From Chrysomallon squamiferum (taxonomy: Eukaryota; Animalia; Mollusca), in NCBI GenBank assembly GCA_012295275.1, contig CM022670.1, forward strand, positions 36,642,001 to 36,706,000: DNA of 64,000 bases, in the 5' to 3' direction. The notes under the pieces are model-generated. The model did no database searches. It was not told where the DNA came from and saw only the letters and a list, made by a program, of their open reading frames with translations. Positions 1-12,975 of the stretch are shown in pieces. A program made the translations under genes and the position numbers. Every line of letters begins with the position of its first letter. Position 1 is the stretch's first letter.

Positions 1-253
1 AGCAGTAATGGAATCAAAAGCCATACAGTAATGATAACAACACTATAGATTATTATTACCTTTTCATTTTGATATGTTGCTACATCGTTTCTCTGTATTT
101 GATATAATTTATATTTATTAATTTGTTTATTGGGTGCTATAAACTCTGTTGCTGTTTGTTCTATTTTTTTTTTTTTTCTTTCTTGGTACTTGTCGTTGTT
201 GTTTATTTATAATTTTTTCTTTGTTTTAATTAATTATTCACGTGCTTTTCCAG

Positions 254-535
254 ACGACAAAGATAAAGTCATGAAGTTTGGTTTAGCTCTAGGCTTAAAC
301 AGCTGTACAGTGCAGAAAATAGTTAATGAAGAAAATGGAAAAGTTTTCTGGGAGGTGCTATACGAATGGAACAAAACGTCAGTCCATCGCTGATTTGATT
401 TCCGCTTGTCAAAGATTATCTATCTGTCCATTCTATGGTAAGACTTGTTTATTATTTGTTGCTAGTTTGTCTAATTACTTTCTTTTTTCTTGTGTTATTT
501 AACATAAATCTGATTATTATTATTATAATTATTAC

Positions 536-589
<54 letters not shown>

Positions 590-1437
590 CTTTTTTTTTT
601 CTTTTTTTGCAAAGATGGTTTAATGCCTCCTGATCACAGCACAGCTATTGAAAAGGCATACAGCAGACTTGCAAAGGACATATTTGTAGAATATGTAGTG
701 ATATACCTGCGTGACAAAGCTGTGTTGTCACTTTGTGATGTTGATTACATTCTCAGTCCAGAGACAAGAATAGAAAAGTTTCGACGTCTCGTCGACACCC
801 TTCCTCTGTTTGGAGAGAAAGCTTTCGACTGCTTGGTGGAAGCTTTGACCAAATCAGGTCAAAATCATCTTGCTAACATACTGTCAGGTAAGATTATGCA
901 TATTTTTGTTATTATTATTACTTTTTTCTTTTTATTCTGAAAGGGAATCATGATCTGGTCCACGAGAAGAAAAAAAAAAAAAAAAAAAAAATGAAATTAT
1001 ACATAACTTTTGAGATGACAGAAGCTTCGTTACGACAAAATAACAACAACATAATATTGAGTGGCAAAAATGTAAGAGGAAATTGTCATATATGATTTAT
1101 TTAATTTATTTAATTTTATTATTATTATTTTGTTGAGTTTTTCTTCTTTCACTTACTAAGTTAAATTTTTATTTTTGTTTATTTTTTCTCTGTATGTGTG
1201 TTTGTGTGCGAAAACACTTTTTTCTTCTTTTTTTCTGTATTTTCTTAAGATGAACTAAACAAACTGACTCCTGTTTCGGACACACTAAGCAGGGAAGAAT
1301 ATGAGCAACAACTGGAAAGTGAAATACAAAGAACTAAGACCGATTTTGACCTAAGTTCCTTTATTCTTATGTTATTATTCCTCTTGTCACTATTTATTTT
1401 CTATAAAATCCGATATATTAATACTGAATTTGTTTAA
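254..1437 (+). pseudogene. DD-CARD-TM gene copy A, last three exons (5' part outside the window), frameshifted
   Basis: AG/GT-bounded exons: 254-437 (Death-like; 184 nt versus 186 in copy D, a 2-nt CA deletion giving ...TSVHR*), 615-887 (CARD, 273 nt, phase 1-1), 1250-1437 (DELNKLTP...SSFILMLLFLLSLFIFYKIRYINTEFV*). Confidence 0.8.
615..887 (+). CDS. CARD-encoding exon, copy A
   Basis: MPPDHSTAIEKAYSRLAKDIFVEYVVIYLRDKAVLSLCDVDYILSPETRIEKFRRLVDTLPLFGEKAFDCLVEALTKSGQNHLANIL follows the caspase-2/RAIDD-type CARD pattern (LL..LP.xG..AF..F..AL...Q.HLA..L). Acceptor aaag at 611-614, donor gtaag at 888. Confidence 0.88.
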
Positions 1438-4359
1438 AGGTTAATGGGCAGTGATCAATTATTCATGTTTAACAGTTTTCAAATTATGGCTGACTACTAA
1501 AAAAAAGATGTTTTTATAGTGTTTTACTAATATGGAATTTTTTATAGATTTGTTTTATTATTATTTATAAAGTATCTTGTATCGTTAAAGTTTTTGTCTA
1601 AAACAATGCTCCTTAATGAGATAATTGAAACTAGATACGTAATATTAAAATGATTAAAAATGAGTCATCGGTGAATTACATTTTGTGACAAAGATTCAAA
1701 ATCAGTGAAGAGAGGTTGAACTTAAAGAGAAAATTTGACTTATGATGGCTTACAAAGATGAATTTTATAATAAATGTATTTTAACTTGTTGTATAGGTGT
1801 TTCAGTTAATCAGAATGCAATGTATTTTTTATAATTATTATTTTTTTCTGAAATGAGAATAAAGAATCAAAAACATGAAATGCCATATAAAAAAGTTTAT
1901 TTCTGAAAACAGTGTATTATGTAAAAGATGCATTTAAAAATGTTAATACAACTATATAATAACATCTGAATATTATAAAAGATACAAAGACTAGCCAAAT
2001 TTTATTACTGTCTTTCTATAAAAAACAAATTAAGTTATTCATAGACCCTACGTTATCAAGTGTGCATGTGAAAAAAGAACAACTTTGACATAAAACCAGA
2101 GTCAGGTCATTTGATATAGAATGTTATTTTTCTTGTATGTATTTGTAACAATGCCAGTCTAATTACTTCAAACACACTGGATCCTGCAAACTGAATCAGC
2201 AATTAAGTCACGGTTCATGCATCAAAAAACAAAAATCATAGATTTCATTCTTGAAATAAGAGATTTTGTAAACATAACAAATCAAGCATTTCTGTTTTTG
2301 AAATCAGAAGTCAGCTATGAAAATTCAGCAAACCTTTGCAATTATGCAGGTTGTGGCAAAAAGAGTGACAAGCTTAAGACTTAAGAAATATGAATGTTTA
2401 CATAACTCATTATCTCCAAAATGTGAAATGAAAATAGCAGACTGAAGAAATTTGGCCACTTTTTTCGATGATTACCAATATTTAACATATCTCTGCAATC
2501 AAACAAGCTTTGGAAAATGGAGTGGTGTCAAAATGAAGCTGATGAAATCAGATTTCTTTATAATATTTATATAACTCAATATTCCAAAAATGTAAATTCA
2601 TCTTTCATTCATTGTGCAGTTACAAATATTTTTAAAACAAACTGCTAAAATAACAGATTTGAAAATGTAAATATTAGGCAACTATTAAACTAAAATTAAA
2701 AGGTTTATTTTTAATGAAATCTACAAATAGTAAATAATCGTGACATAAAAGATATTTTCGAAAATTTAAATATGTAAATATTTTAATCATTTCTTCCTTA
2801 GAAACTTTACGTTCTAACATTAAAACATTTAATACCAAATACATAAACCTAAATTTATAACAACTTGCAATTTAACCAAACTTTTGGAATATATTAAGAG
2901 AAATAATTATTAATATTCACTAATATTCTAATATAAAAACATGATTAGGTTTATCTTTTCAGTGTATATATCATAAAATTAAATAAAATATATTTAAAAA
3001 AATAAATGGCATTCAAAATTGTAATAAATTTCACTGTTGAATAATCATGTCAAGCATCCTAAATCCAAATAAATAAATAAAAAGTACTATTAATTTAAGA
3101 ATTTTGCAATATCATATAGAAAGTATTAACTATTATATTATTCTGAAAATCTAATATTTCTTTTAAAAATAATACATTTTATCATTTAATAATAGTTTTA
3201 ATTTGTTTTCCCATGATGAAATACAAGAATACAAATGTACATATAAAATGTTTTTAAATAAATAAATAAAAAGAATACGAAATTATTTCTTTTATTTTAA
3301 AAGAATACTTGGCCAAACATCAGGAGAACTGTGGAATATTAATAGTACCAATTGATGTTAAATCTATAGTGTTGTTTAAAATTAATATTATTTAGTAATA
3401 CATACATATGATATCTGGCCTGAATATTCTTTTAGTAACTGATCAACTATTCTGTCTTCTCAAGCAGTACATTATAATATGTGAAAAATATATGATCAAT
3501 AAAATCACTTCCACCAAAATATGAACATAATAAAGCAAGAAAGTATCAAAGTTGTATAAATTATTAAAATATAGTAAATTATGATAAATATAAATAAATG
3601 TTTAACAATCATTTTAATCACTATACATTATTGGTGTTTTGTTCTGTCACAACCATTTATGTTTTGTAAATGTGTATATATGTATTCATAAATAGCAAAT
3701 ACATTAAAATAAATAAATATATACTAAAAAATATGAACAAACAGTGCAATGTTTGGAATGTATTTGATAAAATATTTTGAAATATTAAGTTTCTATGTTA
3801 ATTTTTAAAAAGTTTTTTCTAATTTTTTTTTTTACAGTTTAAATCATCTATTAAAAAGATATGAGGCAAAGATAAAAATTAAATAATAATAAAAATAAGT
3901 GACCTGATAATTCAGTAATATTACAAAGTTGAAATAATGTTTCTTTCTCTTATTTCTTTTACGTACAAAAGAATAAAGAATGAAGGTTTAGAGGCATTTT
4001 ATCATCAAAATGTGTAGGCATTAGGAGTCACTTTTTGTGCGATTCCATTGGTTGGAAGCAGTCAAACATGTTTCCAGTCACTTTTTGTAAAAGAACTTAA
4101 AAAAATAAATACAAAAAACCCCAGCTAAACTATATGCCACTGTTCAATTAAAAAATGAAAGTAAAGAAGCACTGCTGAAAATTTTATAAATCAAAAGAGA
4201 TGTATAAATATGTTTTTTATTCATGTGTCTCCATTTAACGCCTGCTTTTAATAATAATGGTACTAGTAATCACTACAAAATTATAAATTTTACTTTTCAT
4301 AATTCATCTAAGAAATATAAAATCAACAGGGAGTGATGAATAAAGTTTGATTCTCATAA

Positions 4360-6190
4360 TTAAAATTACTAAAACTCTGTAACAAAACGTTCTGCCAGTT
4401 GTAACTACCTAACCCTTGGATGTGTGAGTAGATGATCACAGGATAATTTGAGTTCACTGTCTTATTAATGGCTACTTGTTCTCTAAGTAGAAGGGAATTA
4501 AAAAAAGTTTCATCTCAAAAGAAACTGTTTTCAAAATATTTTCACATAAATTTTGTATTTTTCTTGAACATTCCATCAACGGCCTAAATAAGGTGGAGGT
4601 CCCTTCTGACTTCTGTCGTGAATGCTGTTCAGTTCCAGTTCTTCCATTTCAACAGCATCTCGGTACTCAGTCAACTCCTTTGAAATCTTAATGCGTGTGT
4701 AGTCTGCTGCAAGACAAGTCATGAAGAGGGTCTAGAAAAAAATATATATTAATTTATATACAGAAATGCAACTATGAAAAACCAGTTATGGTTATCAGCT
4801 GAACAGGACCCAACAAATTTGTTTTCTTCTTTTTATTTAAATACCATGACATAAAATGCTGGGCCACAAATCAGACTATAGTTACTTAAGTTAATTTAAT
4901 AAGATAAATTAAACTGACAACATTAGATGAAACATTTCTGAATAATTTATTCATCACTAAAAATATGGCTTATCTTCAAACTATAGACAGAAAACTGACT
5001 TTTGAAGGTTTGTTTATTATTTTCATCTAGAGATTTTGATATGCCTTATTACTAAAATTTTAAAATTTACCTCTTACATATATCATGTTATATAGTTTAC
5101 TTTATTTCATTGTACTTTCTTATACCTGTCTAAAAGGTTAATACTTACAACACATGAAACAACACTGTTGTTTTAGAAAATACTTATTTAAAAAAAATAT
5201 AATTATAAATATTTTTATAATCTCACCATTCCAAGAACAATGAATATAGCTCCTATGGAAGCAACACAAAACAAGGGACCAGCCTCAATCACCTCAAAAA
5301 TTAATTAATTACTAAAACTCTGTAACAAAACGTTCTGCCACTTGTAACTACCTAACCCTTGGATGTGTGAGTAGAGGATCACAGGATATTTTGAGTTCAC
5401 TGTCTTATTAATGGCTACTTGTTCTCTAAGTAGAAGGGAATTAAGAAACTTTTCATATCAAAAGAAACTTTTAGAAACATCTTCACATCAATGTTATATA
5501 CGGTGGAGGTCCCATCTGACGTCTGTCGTGAATGCTGTTCAGTTCTAGTTCTTCCATTTCAACATCATCTCGGTATTCAATCAACTCCTTTGAAATCTTA
5601 ATGCGTGTATAGTTTGCTGTCAGAGAAAAAAAATTATATATTTAAATTCATTTATATACAGAAAGGCAACCATGGAAAAACCAGTTATGGTTATCAGTGA
5701 ACAGGACCATGAAAAAAAAAATGCTAGGCCACATGCGAGACTATAGTTACTTAACTTAATTTGATAAGATAAATTAAACTCACAATATAAGATGAAACAT
5801 TTCTGAATAATTTATTCATCACTAAAAATATGGCTTATCTTCAAAGTAATATACAGAAAACTGACTTTTGAAGGTTTTATTTGTTTGTTATTTTCATCTA
5901 GAGATTTGTATATTAACTTTATTTCAAGAAGAAGCCTTTTGAGAATTTTGAAAAGTTTACCTCTTACATGTATAATATTATATAATTTACTTTATTTCAG
6001 TGTACTTTCTTACACCCATCTAAAAAAATTAATACTTACATAACACACATGAAACAAAACTATTGTTTTTAAAAAATACTTATTTTTTAAAATGTAAAAT
6101 TAAATATTTTTAGACTCTCACCATTCCGAGAACAATGAATAAAGATCCTATGGAAGCAACACAAAACAAAGGACCAGCCTCAATCACCTA
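4360..6190. repeat. Tandem duplication (~0.9-kb unit) of the last two M6 exons plus 3' flank; mirrored at ~24740-26575
   Basis: aattactaaaactctgtaacaaaacgttctgcca occurs at ~4363 and ~5306. Exon VIEAGPLFCVASIG occurs at 6122-6187 and 5227-5292. The terminal exon occurs at ~5500-5620 (5'-truncated) and 4576-4731. Confidence 0.9.
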
Positions 6191-8489
6191 AAAATAAAAA
6201 TAAATAAAAATAATTTATAAAAGTTTGCTAGGAAATTAATTTCATAAAATAACAACATTGCCTATAAAAACTTTTAGTTAGCTCCCTTGAAAGGTTTGGA
6301 TATTCTCATTATGAACAGAATGTAATTATTAAACTTAAAACTGATATTATATAATTTTAAAATAATAACAATGACAGAAATATGTAACAATCTATACTGT
6401 TTAGTTATATATGCTGAAATATTAGTCAATTCAGATCAATATTTATAAATTTCATAGTAGTACATAATTTTATACAGGTTAATTCATTTTTAAATTATCT
6501 ATATATATTTTAAATAATTAAGAATGAAAATGATTTTTACAAATAATTACAGCAATCACATGAGAACGTAACAATCTGTGTTGTTTGTTTACATTAATAT
6601 TTAGTGCAGTAAATATGTTTACACATGTTAATTAACTTACTGTATCACACATTTGTTTAACTTCACCTTCACTTTAACTTTTCCAGGTGTTGAAAAACTG
6701 ACTGGATAAACAGAACCCCAATACACACCTAAATGTGAAAAAGAAAAAAAATCATTAAAAAAACAATGTATGCAAGTGGCCTTAAAAATGACTACTGTTA
6801 GTAAATTTAATTGAAATTATCTTTATAAATTTATAAACTGTACAAATTCATGTTCATCAGAAATAGGTTTCATGAAACAGTATGTTATAAAGTAGCATGT
6901 TTCTTCATCTTCTCTAATTTGTAAAACTTGAGAATAAATATAATTTTGTTCTGATTAGTTTTATTGTTTTTTTGTTTTTGTTTTTTTAAAGTAATATTAA
7001 AGTAGGTTTTATAGTATTTTTGGAACTTTACTTTCACTGCATTTTGAAGGAAACAAAATACATGTTTTTATATGTAAACATAAAGAAAACAATTTTATCA
7101 TTTATTTACAAAACAATTCAGTGTGTTTCAAAAATATATTTGACACAAAAAATAAATTGTAAATTATATGAATACAAGACAAACAGAGACAACTGTAAAA
7201 TGTCTTACCAAACTGAGTCAGGTTGAAGCAGTAAGTAAGTGTTTTGTGTTTCTGTTATCAGAATCCAGCCAAGATTGTGAATGTACGTGATAACAGTGAA
7301 CTGAAAAAATAAACAGAGATAATTATTAGTATTTCACATTTACATTTATTTTTAGTGGAATTCCTCCCCCAAAACAATCTTTACCAAACTTCCACAAACC
7401 AAATATAATAAAATTTAATTTGCATAATTAAAAAATTGAAAAGTAAAGTTAACTATTTAGGGAACATAGTACAAGAAATATAAAAATGTTCAGAATTAGT
7501 AATATATGTAAACTTTTAACAATAAAAGAATAAATTTTATAATTCTTATTCTATCATAAAATAACACTACATACATTAAACATATTCTGATACTTGTAAT
7601 TAAAAGTTAATACTAATTTTTCTTTCGGGGCAGTGTTACTATTTGCCTTTTTGAATACTGGATTGACAAAATTTCATAGATTTTATATAAACATAAATTT
7701 CATAGACTATATAAACATAAATTCAAAATATTGTAAAAATTTGGACTTTTGCATACAAATAAAAATACATTAGATAGTTAGATACTAACAAATGCTGCAG
7801 ACACTTTTCCTCCCATAATGCACTTTGCACCAGAATACACATTCTGTCGTGTTGCACCAGTTGCCAGAAATCCAAATATCAACAAGATAACAGCATACAC
7901 AGCCATTGCTACAGCAATGACAACAAAAACCACCTGGATAACCTCCAACCTAAATTTGTCATTAACAAACAAAGAAATTAAAAATTAAATTTAAACATAA
8001 TAATTTTAATATTTATTTAGAGTACAATTAGCCATTACTGTTGTTACAGAAATAACCCAGAAGGTATCTCCCTATAATCAATTATTTTGTTTTCCCATTT
8101 TGATAATTTTCATAAATTTTATTATTTATTATATTTTTTCCTAGTCTTTAAAAAAATATATACGCAACACGATTTCATACCCTATAAATATTGAACATAT
8201 TCTTTCTGAATTTATAAAAGTTTATTGGCAATTCTTAACTGATTTACTGGTTCAGTAAGTAGAGCTGTACAATCATACTAAGTTTAATATGAATATTTGT
8301 GTACAATACCAACCAGCTAACATTAAACAGAAACAGATCATTCAGAACATCTTTAATGATTAGACTGAGGGCTTTGTATGATGTTCCACAAAACACACCA
8401 ACTCCTAATCCTATGATACATATAACTGCTGCCAGTAAAGAAGCAAAGAGGCATACATTCACAAACGTTAATAATCCTTGGACACACAC
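4576..8489 (-). pseudogene. M6: Myelin proteolipid (M6/PLP/DM20 family) pseudogene, copy 1
   Basis: Exons 8314-8489 (FASLLAAVICIIG...GVFCG), 7790-7949 (LLIFGFLATGATRQNVYSGAKCIMGG), 7209-7300 (70-nt deletion; YCFNLTQFG), 6641-6728, 6122-6187 and 5227-5292, 4576-4731 (TLFMTCLAADYTRIK...GR*). Motifs match invertebrate M6. Exon lengths are frame-incompatible and no start exon was seen. Confidence 0.85.
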
Positions 8490-8648
8490 CTTAAAATATA
8501 CCATTAATATTGATTTATTTAAATTAATGATAACATCTGTAATTACAAAAGTTATTAGATTTGTCACGAACTTTAAGAAAAGCATAAATATGAACAATAA
8601 TCATATATTACATATTGGCAGATTGTTGATAAATATTATTCATGTATA

Positions 8649-8683
<35 letters not shown>

Positions 8684-8729
8684 CTCTGAATATAAATATG
8701 TGGCTTAGTAATTCTGCTTGTTCCATCAA

Positions 8730-9344
8730 TCATTTGTCTAATGGTTGAACTACTTGACAGGCAAAATTCAGGGACCCAGTTAGTGATTGCAATGTTTTTA
8801 AAGTAGCCTTTCTTTTCATGAGATTAATCTCTATGAGCTTCCTTAATTCAAACAATACCATATAATTTGTATCTATTTCAATACCGCGAAAAATTAGAAC
8901 TGTGCTGAATCCCACAGTTCTCTCTTCTGCAGTGGGAATTCCCAAATGGCAACACTGTCTGAAAACTTCCTATTACCTTGTGACATTCATTTGACCCTGC
9001 CCTGCTCCCCCAAAAAGAAAACTGTCTCACTGAATAAAAGTGGAGAACTTTTCAAATAAAGTACAACTGACTGATGCACCCATGGGTGAACACTTGTAGT
9101 TGCACAGATCATCCATTTTAAACCCTAATAAACTGAAATCCCCTGGAAATACTGAGTTTGTATCAGATTTTCCTAACAGGGCCATCTGGCTTACCATCTG
9201 AATGCTTTGCACTGCATCATCCATACTGACATAATGTACAGAACAAACATTTGGATCAATATGATTATTTACCAAATCAAGGTCTGGATATGAAAGATGG
9301 TGAATATCTCTGAAATCTCCATCATTTTTTGGTAACAATCCCAT
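8730..9344 (-). mobile_element. Degenerate DIRS/Ngaro-type (tyrosine-recombinase retrotransposon) reverse transcriptase fragment
   Basis: Split ORFs read GLLPKNDGDFRDIHHLSYP...VNNHI...SVHYVSMDDAV...LGKSD...LLGF...PMGASVSCTLFEKFS, then GIP..E.TVG...LIFRGIEIDT...LQSLTGSLNFAC. These match DIRS-class RT motifs. Frameshifts are present and the YxDD region is decayed. Confidence 0.75.
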
Positions 9345-10239
9345 ATTTTTTGCCGCAATTTTTGTGGTGTATTGACCCCTATTTTGTCAAACGTCACGAA
9401 AGGACGATATTTACCAAATCAATTTCAACATTGCTAATATTCAACTCACTTTTTCCCGCTTGTTCTGCCTTGCCGGGCACCCAGTGCGAAGCTGATAGTG
9501 ATAGAACTTTAGAAGGGATTGGCCGATCAGTCGTGTCGTTCCCTTCGTGAATAATTGTGGAATCGGCCATTGCCCTTTTGTCTTGGGCCACGCTGTTGGT
9601 GCAGCTCAGTCGTTAGAAAACGAGTTGGGCCTCCTTTTTGGTCTGCCTACGTCTGTCGCAGAAAAAGAGTTTTGGGGAAGAAAAGAGAAAGGGATTCTCG
9701 TTACGATTGCAAGACAACTACGGTTAATTGCCGTTCGCTATTACCTCCCCTGCACCATATACTACTAACCACCCAACTAGTTCTATTTTTTTTTCCTCGA
9801 TTTTAAATGGGCATATTAGGTATTACGAATAATCTGTATTAAATAACTGTTGAATCTTACTAATATGATGAATAATTGAAAAATTAAACTATAATGACAG
9901 TATGTAGTACTTTCGTTGATAAGACATGGTAGACAAAACATCTTAGGGGCAATTTCAGCATTTTTAGGGCACCTTTCTTTTTTCCATTAAAAGCAATAAA
10001 TAAATAAATATTTGAAATAAACATAAATGCAATTAATGTTTTTGCTTTAATAAATCAATGGCAAAATATAAACAGATATATTTATTAAATTAATAATACA
10101 TTTTTTAAAGTGTTTTTCAGTCTGCTGCTATCATGTAGTAGTTGCTGTAAAATAGGAAAAGAATGAATAAAAATCAATGTGTTCATTTGTAAATGCTTAG
10201 TACTTTTATACAAACTGTTGGTTTAGTTTTATTATTCAT

Positions 10240-11200
10240 TTTATGCCGCCTAATCATGCAGTTTGTTTCAACAACCTACGTGTAGGTATTATTTAAAAAA
10301 TCAAATAACGGCTTTTAACGTAACAATAAAATAAAGTAATAAAATTGAATGTGCATAGGATAATTATAAATTATCATTAAAAATTACGAATTCTTAAATA
10401 ATGATTTAAATAATTATCAGAACATCCGAAAAAGTAACAGAATTAATAAGGAGCACTGATAATTCCAGTTCAGATTAGAAATTCACCATCGCCTTATTAA
10501 AAGCCAAAGGTACGTAAAATAACCTTTGTTGTAATCAGGCGCAGTAACTCATGCTGGTCTGAAGCGGGTTTCCTCTATCTGTTATTGTCTACAGAGGAAA
10601 TTACAACACCTTTATAGAAGTCATATCTAATAATTATTAATAGAGAAATACAGTATCATTATAAATTATTTTATTATTATTATTTTTGTTCTTAATTAAT
10701 ATTATTGGTAATCTTAGCAACAGAAGTAGTTATATATAAAGTGACAATAATAAATTAAATTAATAAAAAGAAAAAAATTGTAAAATTGACAGACACGTAA
10801 GTAAACAAGCACTGAAAACAGAATACACAGTTGCTGTATCAGCGCTTCAGTTTCTGGTTAGTAACGGTTTATTGTAATATCATATGAAAAGCCCAGTAAG
10901 GAAATATTTCTAACAAAGTAAGTTGTAAGTTATTATCAAATTATTTAGAGATCAAATAATTAGCAAAATCATAACAGTCTTTTTTAAATGCCACACAAAG
11001 TAATATTTATTTACACGTATATTTTAATTTCAGCTTTTAATCTCGCTAAATGTATAAAGATATAATTCATCAGCTTTCTATATAAAATATCATTTGACCT
11101 AATTATTACTATATATTTTACTTTCATAACGAAAAAAAAGTCTTTACATTTTATAATAATTTTACCTTAGTTTTATATATATATATATATATAACGCATA
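10240..11200 (+). promoter_or_regulatory. Upstream module of copy B (putative promoter and non-coding 5' exons); repeated elsewhere in the cluster
   Basis: Conserved block aattccagttc...catcgccttattaaaa...tctgaagcgggttt recurs at ~17660, ~18690, ~41410-41520 (minus) and partly at ~43520 (minus). Donor-like sites aag|gtacgt at 10510 and aaa|gtaagt at 10918. Function is inferred from position only. Confidence 0.45.
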
Positions 11201-11718
11201 AATGAATTTTTCTCCATTTTTCCTTTATTTATTTATTTAGTTAGTTAGTTATTTTATTTTACTAATTTTAGTAGCTATCAACAAATATAGTACAACGTTA
11301 ATTATTTAGTCATTTATTTTTGTCGCTTTTAATTTTAGTAGTTCGTAACAGTAACATTTGTTTGTTTGTTTACTTAATTAGTTACTTAGTTTTTTTTTTT
11401 ATATTCATGATACCAATATTAATAGCTGCAACAACAAAACTGGTATACGAATAATATTAGTAATTTATTTATTAACAACAAAAATAATATTCCAATTTAT
11501 ATTCAATTATACAAAACATTACCCAGCACTTTTGGTGATGACATGACAGATTATATCAAATATATGTGTTAATAGATACTGGTTACTGCGACATGTTATA
11601 GGTGAGATGCAATTTGCAGAAAAGAAAAAGTTGAGATTTCTCCTAGGTGAGTATTGTTTTATTTATTTTAATTACACAGGCGATTTACTTTTTGTTAAGT
11701 TTCAATTAAGTTATTATA

Positions 11719-11772
<54 letters not shown>

Positions 11773-11805
11773 GTTGTTGTTATTGTTGTTATTATTATCA
11801 TTATT

Positions 11806-11842
<37 letters not shown>

Positions 11843-12890
11843 TCATTATAATTCATCTTCATCATCATTATTAATATGAATAATATTTGACTTCTTACTT
11901 TTACAGTTGGAACAGCTTGATAAACTTATTATAAACAAATTTTCAGTTTCTTTGACTGATAAATACCATTTCTACTAAAAACAGTGCTTTACCGTCTTTA
12001 CCCGAAGAAATGGATGAAACAGTGGAACAAACCCTTCTGAGAGTCGCCTCGCCGATCAATCTTTGTTTGAAGAAAAGCAGAAACAGTCGGAAACTTCGAA
12101 TTCTTCGCCTGAAATACAACGAGATGACCATGAGAACTCTAATCTTCAACTGGAAGAACAAAAAAAGGAAATATCATATCTTTCGGCCAGATTGAAGATA
12201 GCTGAAGACGAACTCAGAAAGAAGGATGCGTTTTTGTATGACTCCGTGAAAGATATATCCGAGATCACGAACAAGTCTTTAGAAATAACAGAGACACTGG
12301 ATCAGAAATTTGATATAGACCGGGTGAAGAACGACAGATTGAAAGAAATAAAGATGTTACAGCAAGAAAACAAAGAGCAGAATAATGTTTTGTACGACAC
12401 CTTGAAAGATATGTCCGAGGTCATGAGCAAGACTTTAGATATAACAGAGAGACTGGGCACAAAATTTGATATAGACCGGGTAAAGGATCGTAGAATGTAA
12501 GAAATAAAGAAGTTGAGGCAAAGTCCTTAGAGACAGAAGTGAAATCTCACAATCGCTTGTTGATGAGAGTAAGTAAACATTTAGTAGTAACTTTATTTGC
12601 ACGCAGTTAGACCTATCTTGTGCAAACTGGTCACTACTATGTATGATAATGTGACGAATTCAACAAAATAATGGTACCCAGATATTTTTTGTTTTGAGTG
12701 GTACAGTCGTTACACTTCATTGAATCTGGAAAGTAAAAATAATAAATAAATAAATAAATAAATAATAACAAAAACGAAACTTGCAAATATAAAAATATGC
12801 TTAGGCTATTATCTTCAATAATACGTATATGTGTGTGTGTGTGTATGTTCTTCTCTGTGGCTGTCGCGAAAGCTCAAAAAGTAACACAAA

Positions 12891-12975
12891 TACAGTAGGA
12901 TCTCGATTTAACGGACTGACAGAGATGAAATGTTGTCCACTCTTGCCGAAACACTTTAAGTCATAAACGTTTTTA
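12891..12975 (+). mobile_element. Possible old Tigger/MITE terminus in the intron of copy B (homologous at ~31740-31815 in copy C)
   Basis: TA-CAGTAGGATCTCGATTTAACGGAC resembles Tigger-type TIR starts (TA-CAGT....CTCG). No partner TIR was identified. Confidence 0.3.

Larger units (their letters stand above)
1..8522. repeat. Left arm of a large inverted segmental duplication (partner 22312-30955)
   Basis: Base 1 (agcagtaatggaatc) is the reverse complement of 30941-30955. Colinear reverse-complement match continues through the CARD exons, intergenic DNA and M6 exons until ~8522, which pairs with ~22312. The arm probably extends left of the window. Confidence 0.95.

Noticed and set aside
623-940. 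Hydrophobic C-termini of the CARD ORFs in the ORF track (KIMHIFVIIITFFFLF) as a TM
   Set aside because: This is read-through past the conserved gtaag donor into T-rich intron; the real hydrophobic tail is in the next exon.
8299-8748. 149-aa plus-strand ORF (and 13526-13840, 36243-36545, 16637-16864)
   Set aside because: Antisense shadows of M6 or CARD-family exons, with no independent coding signal.
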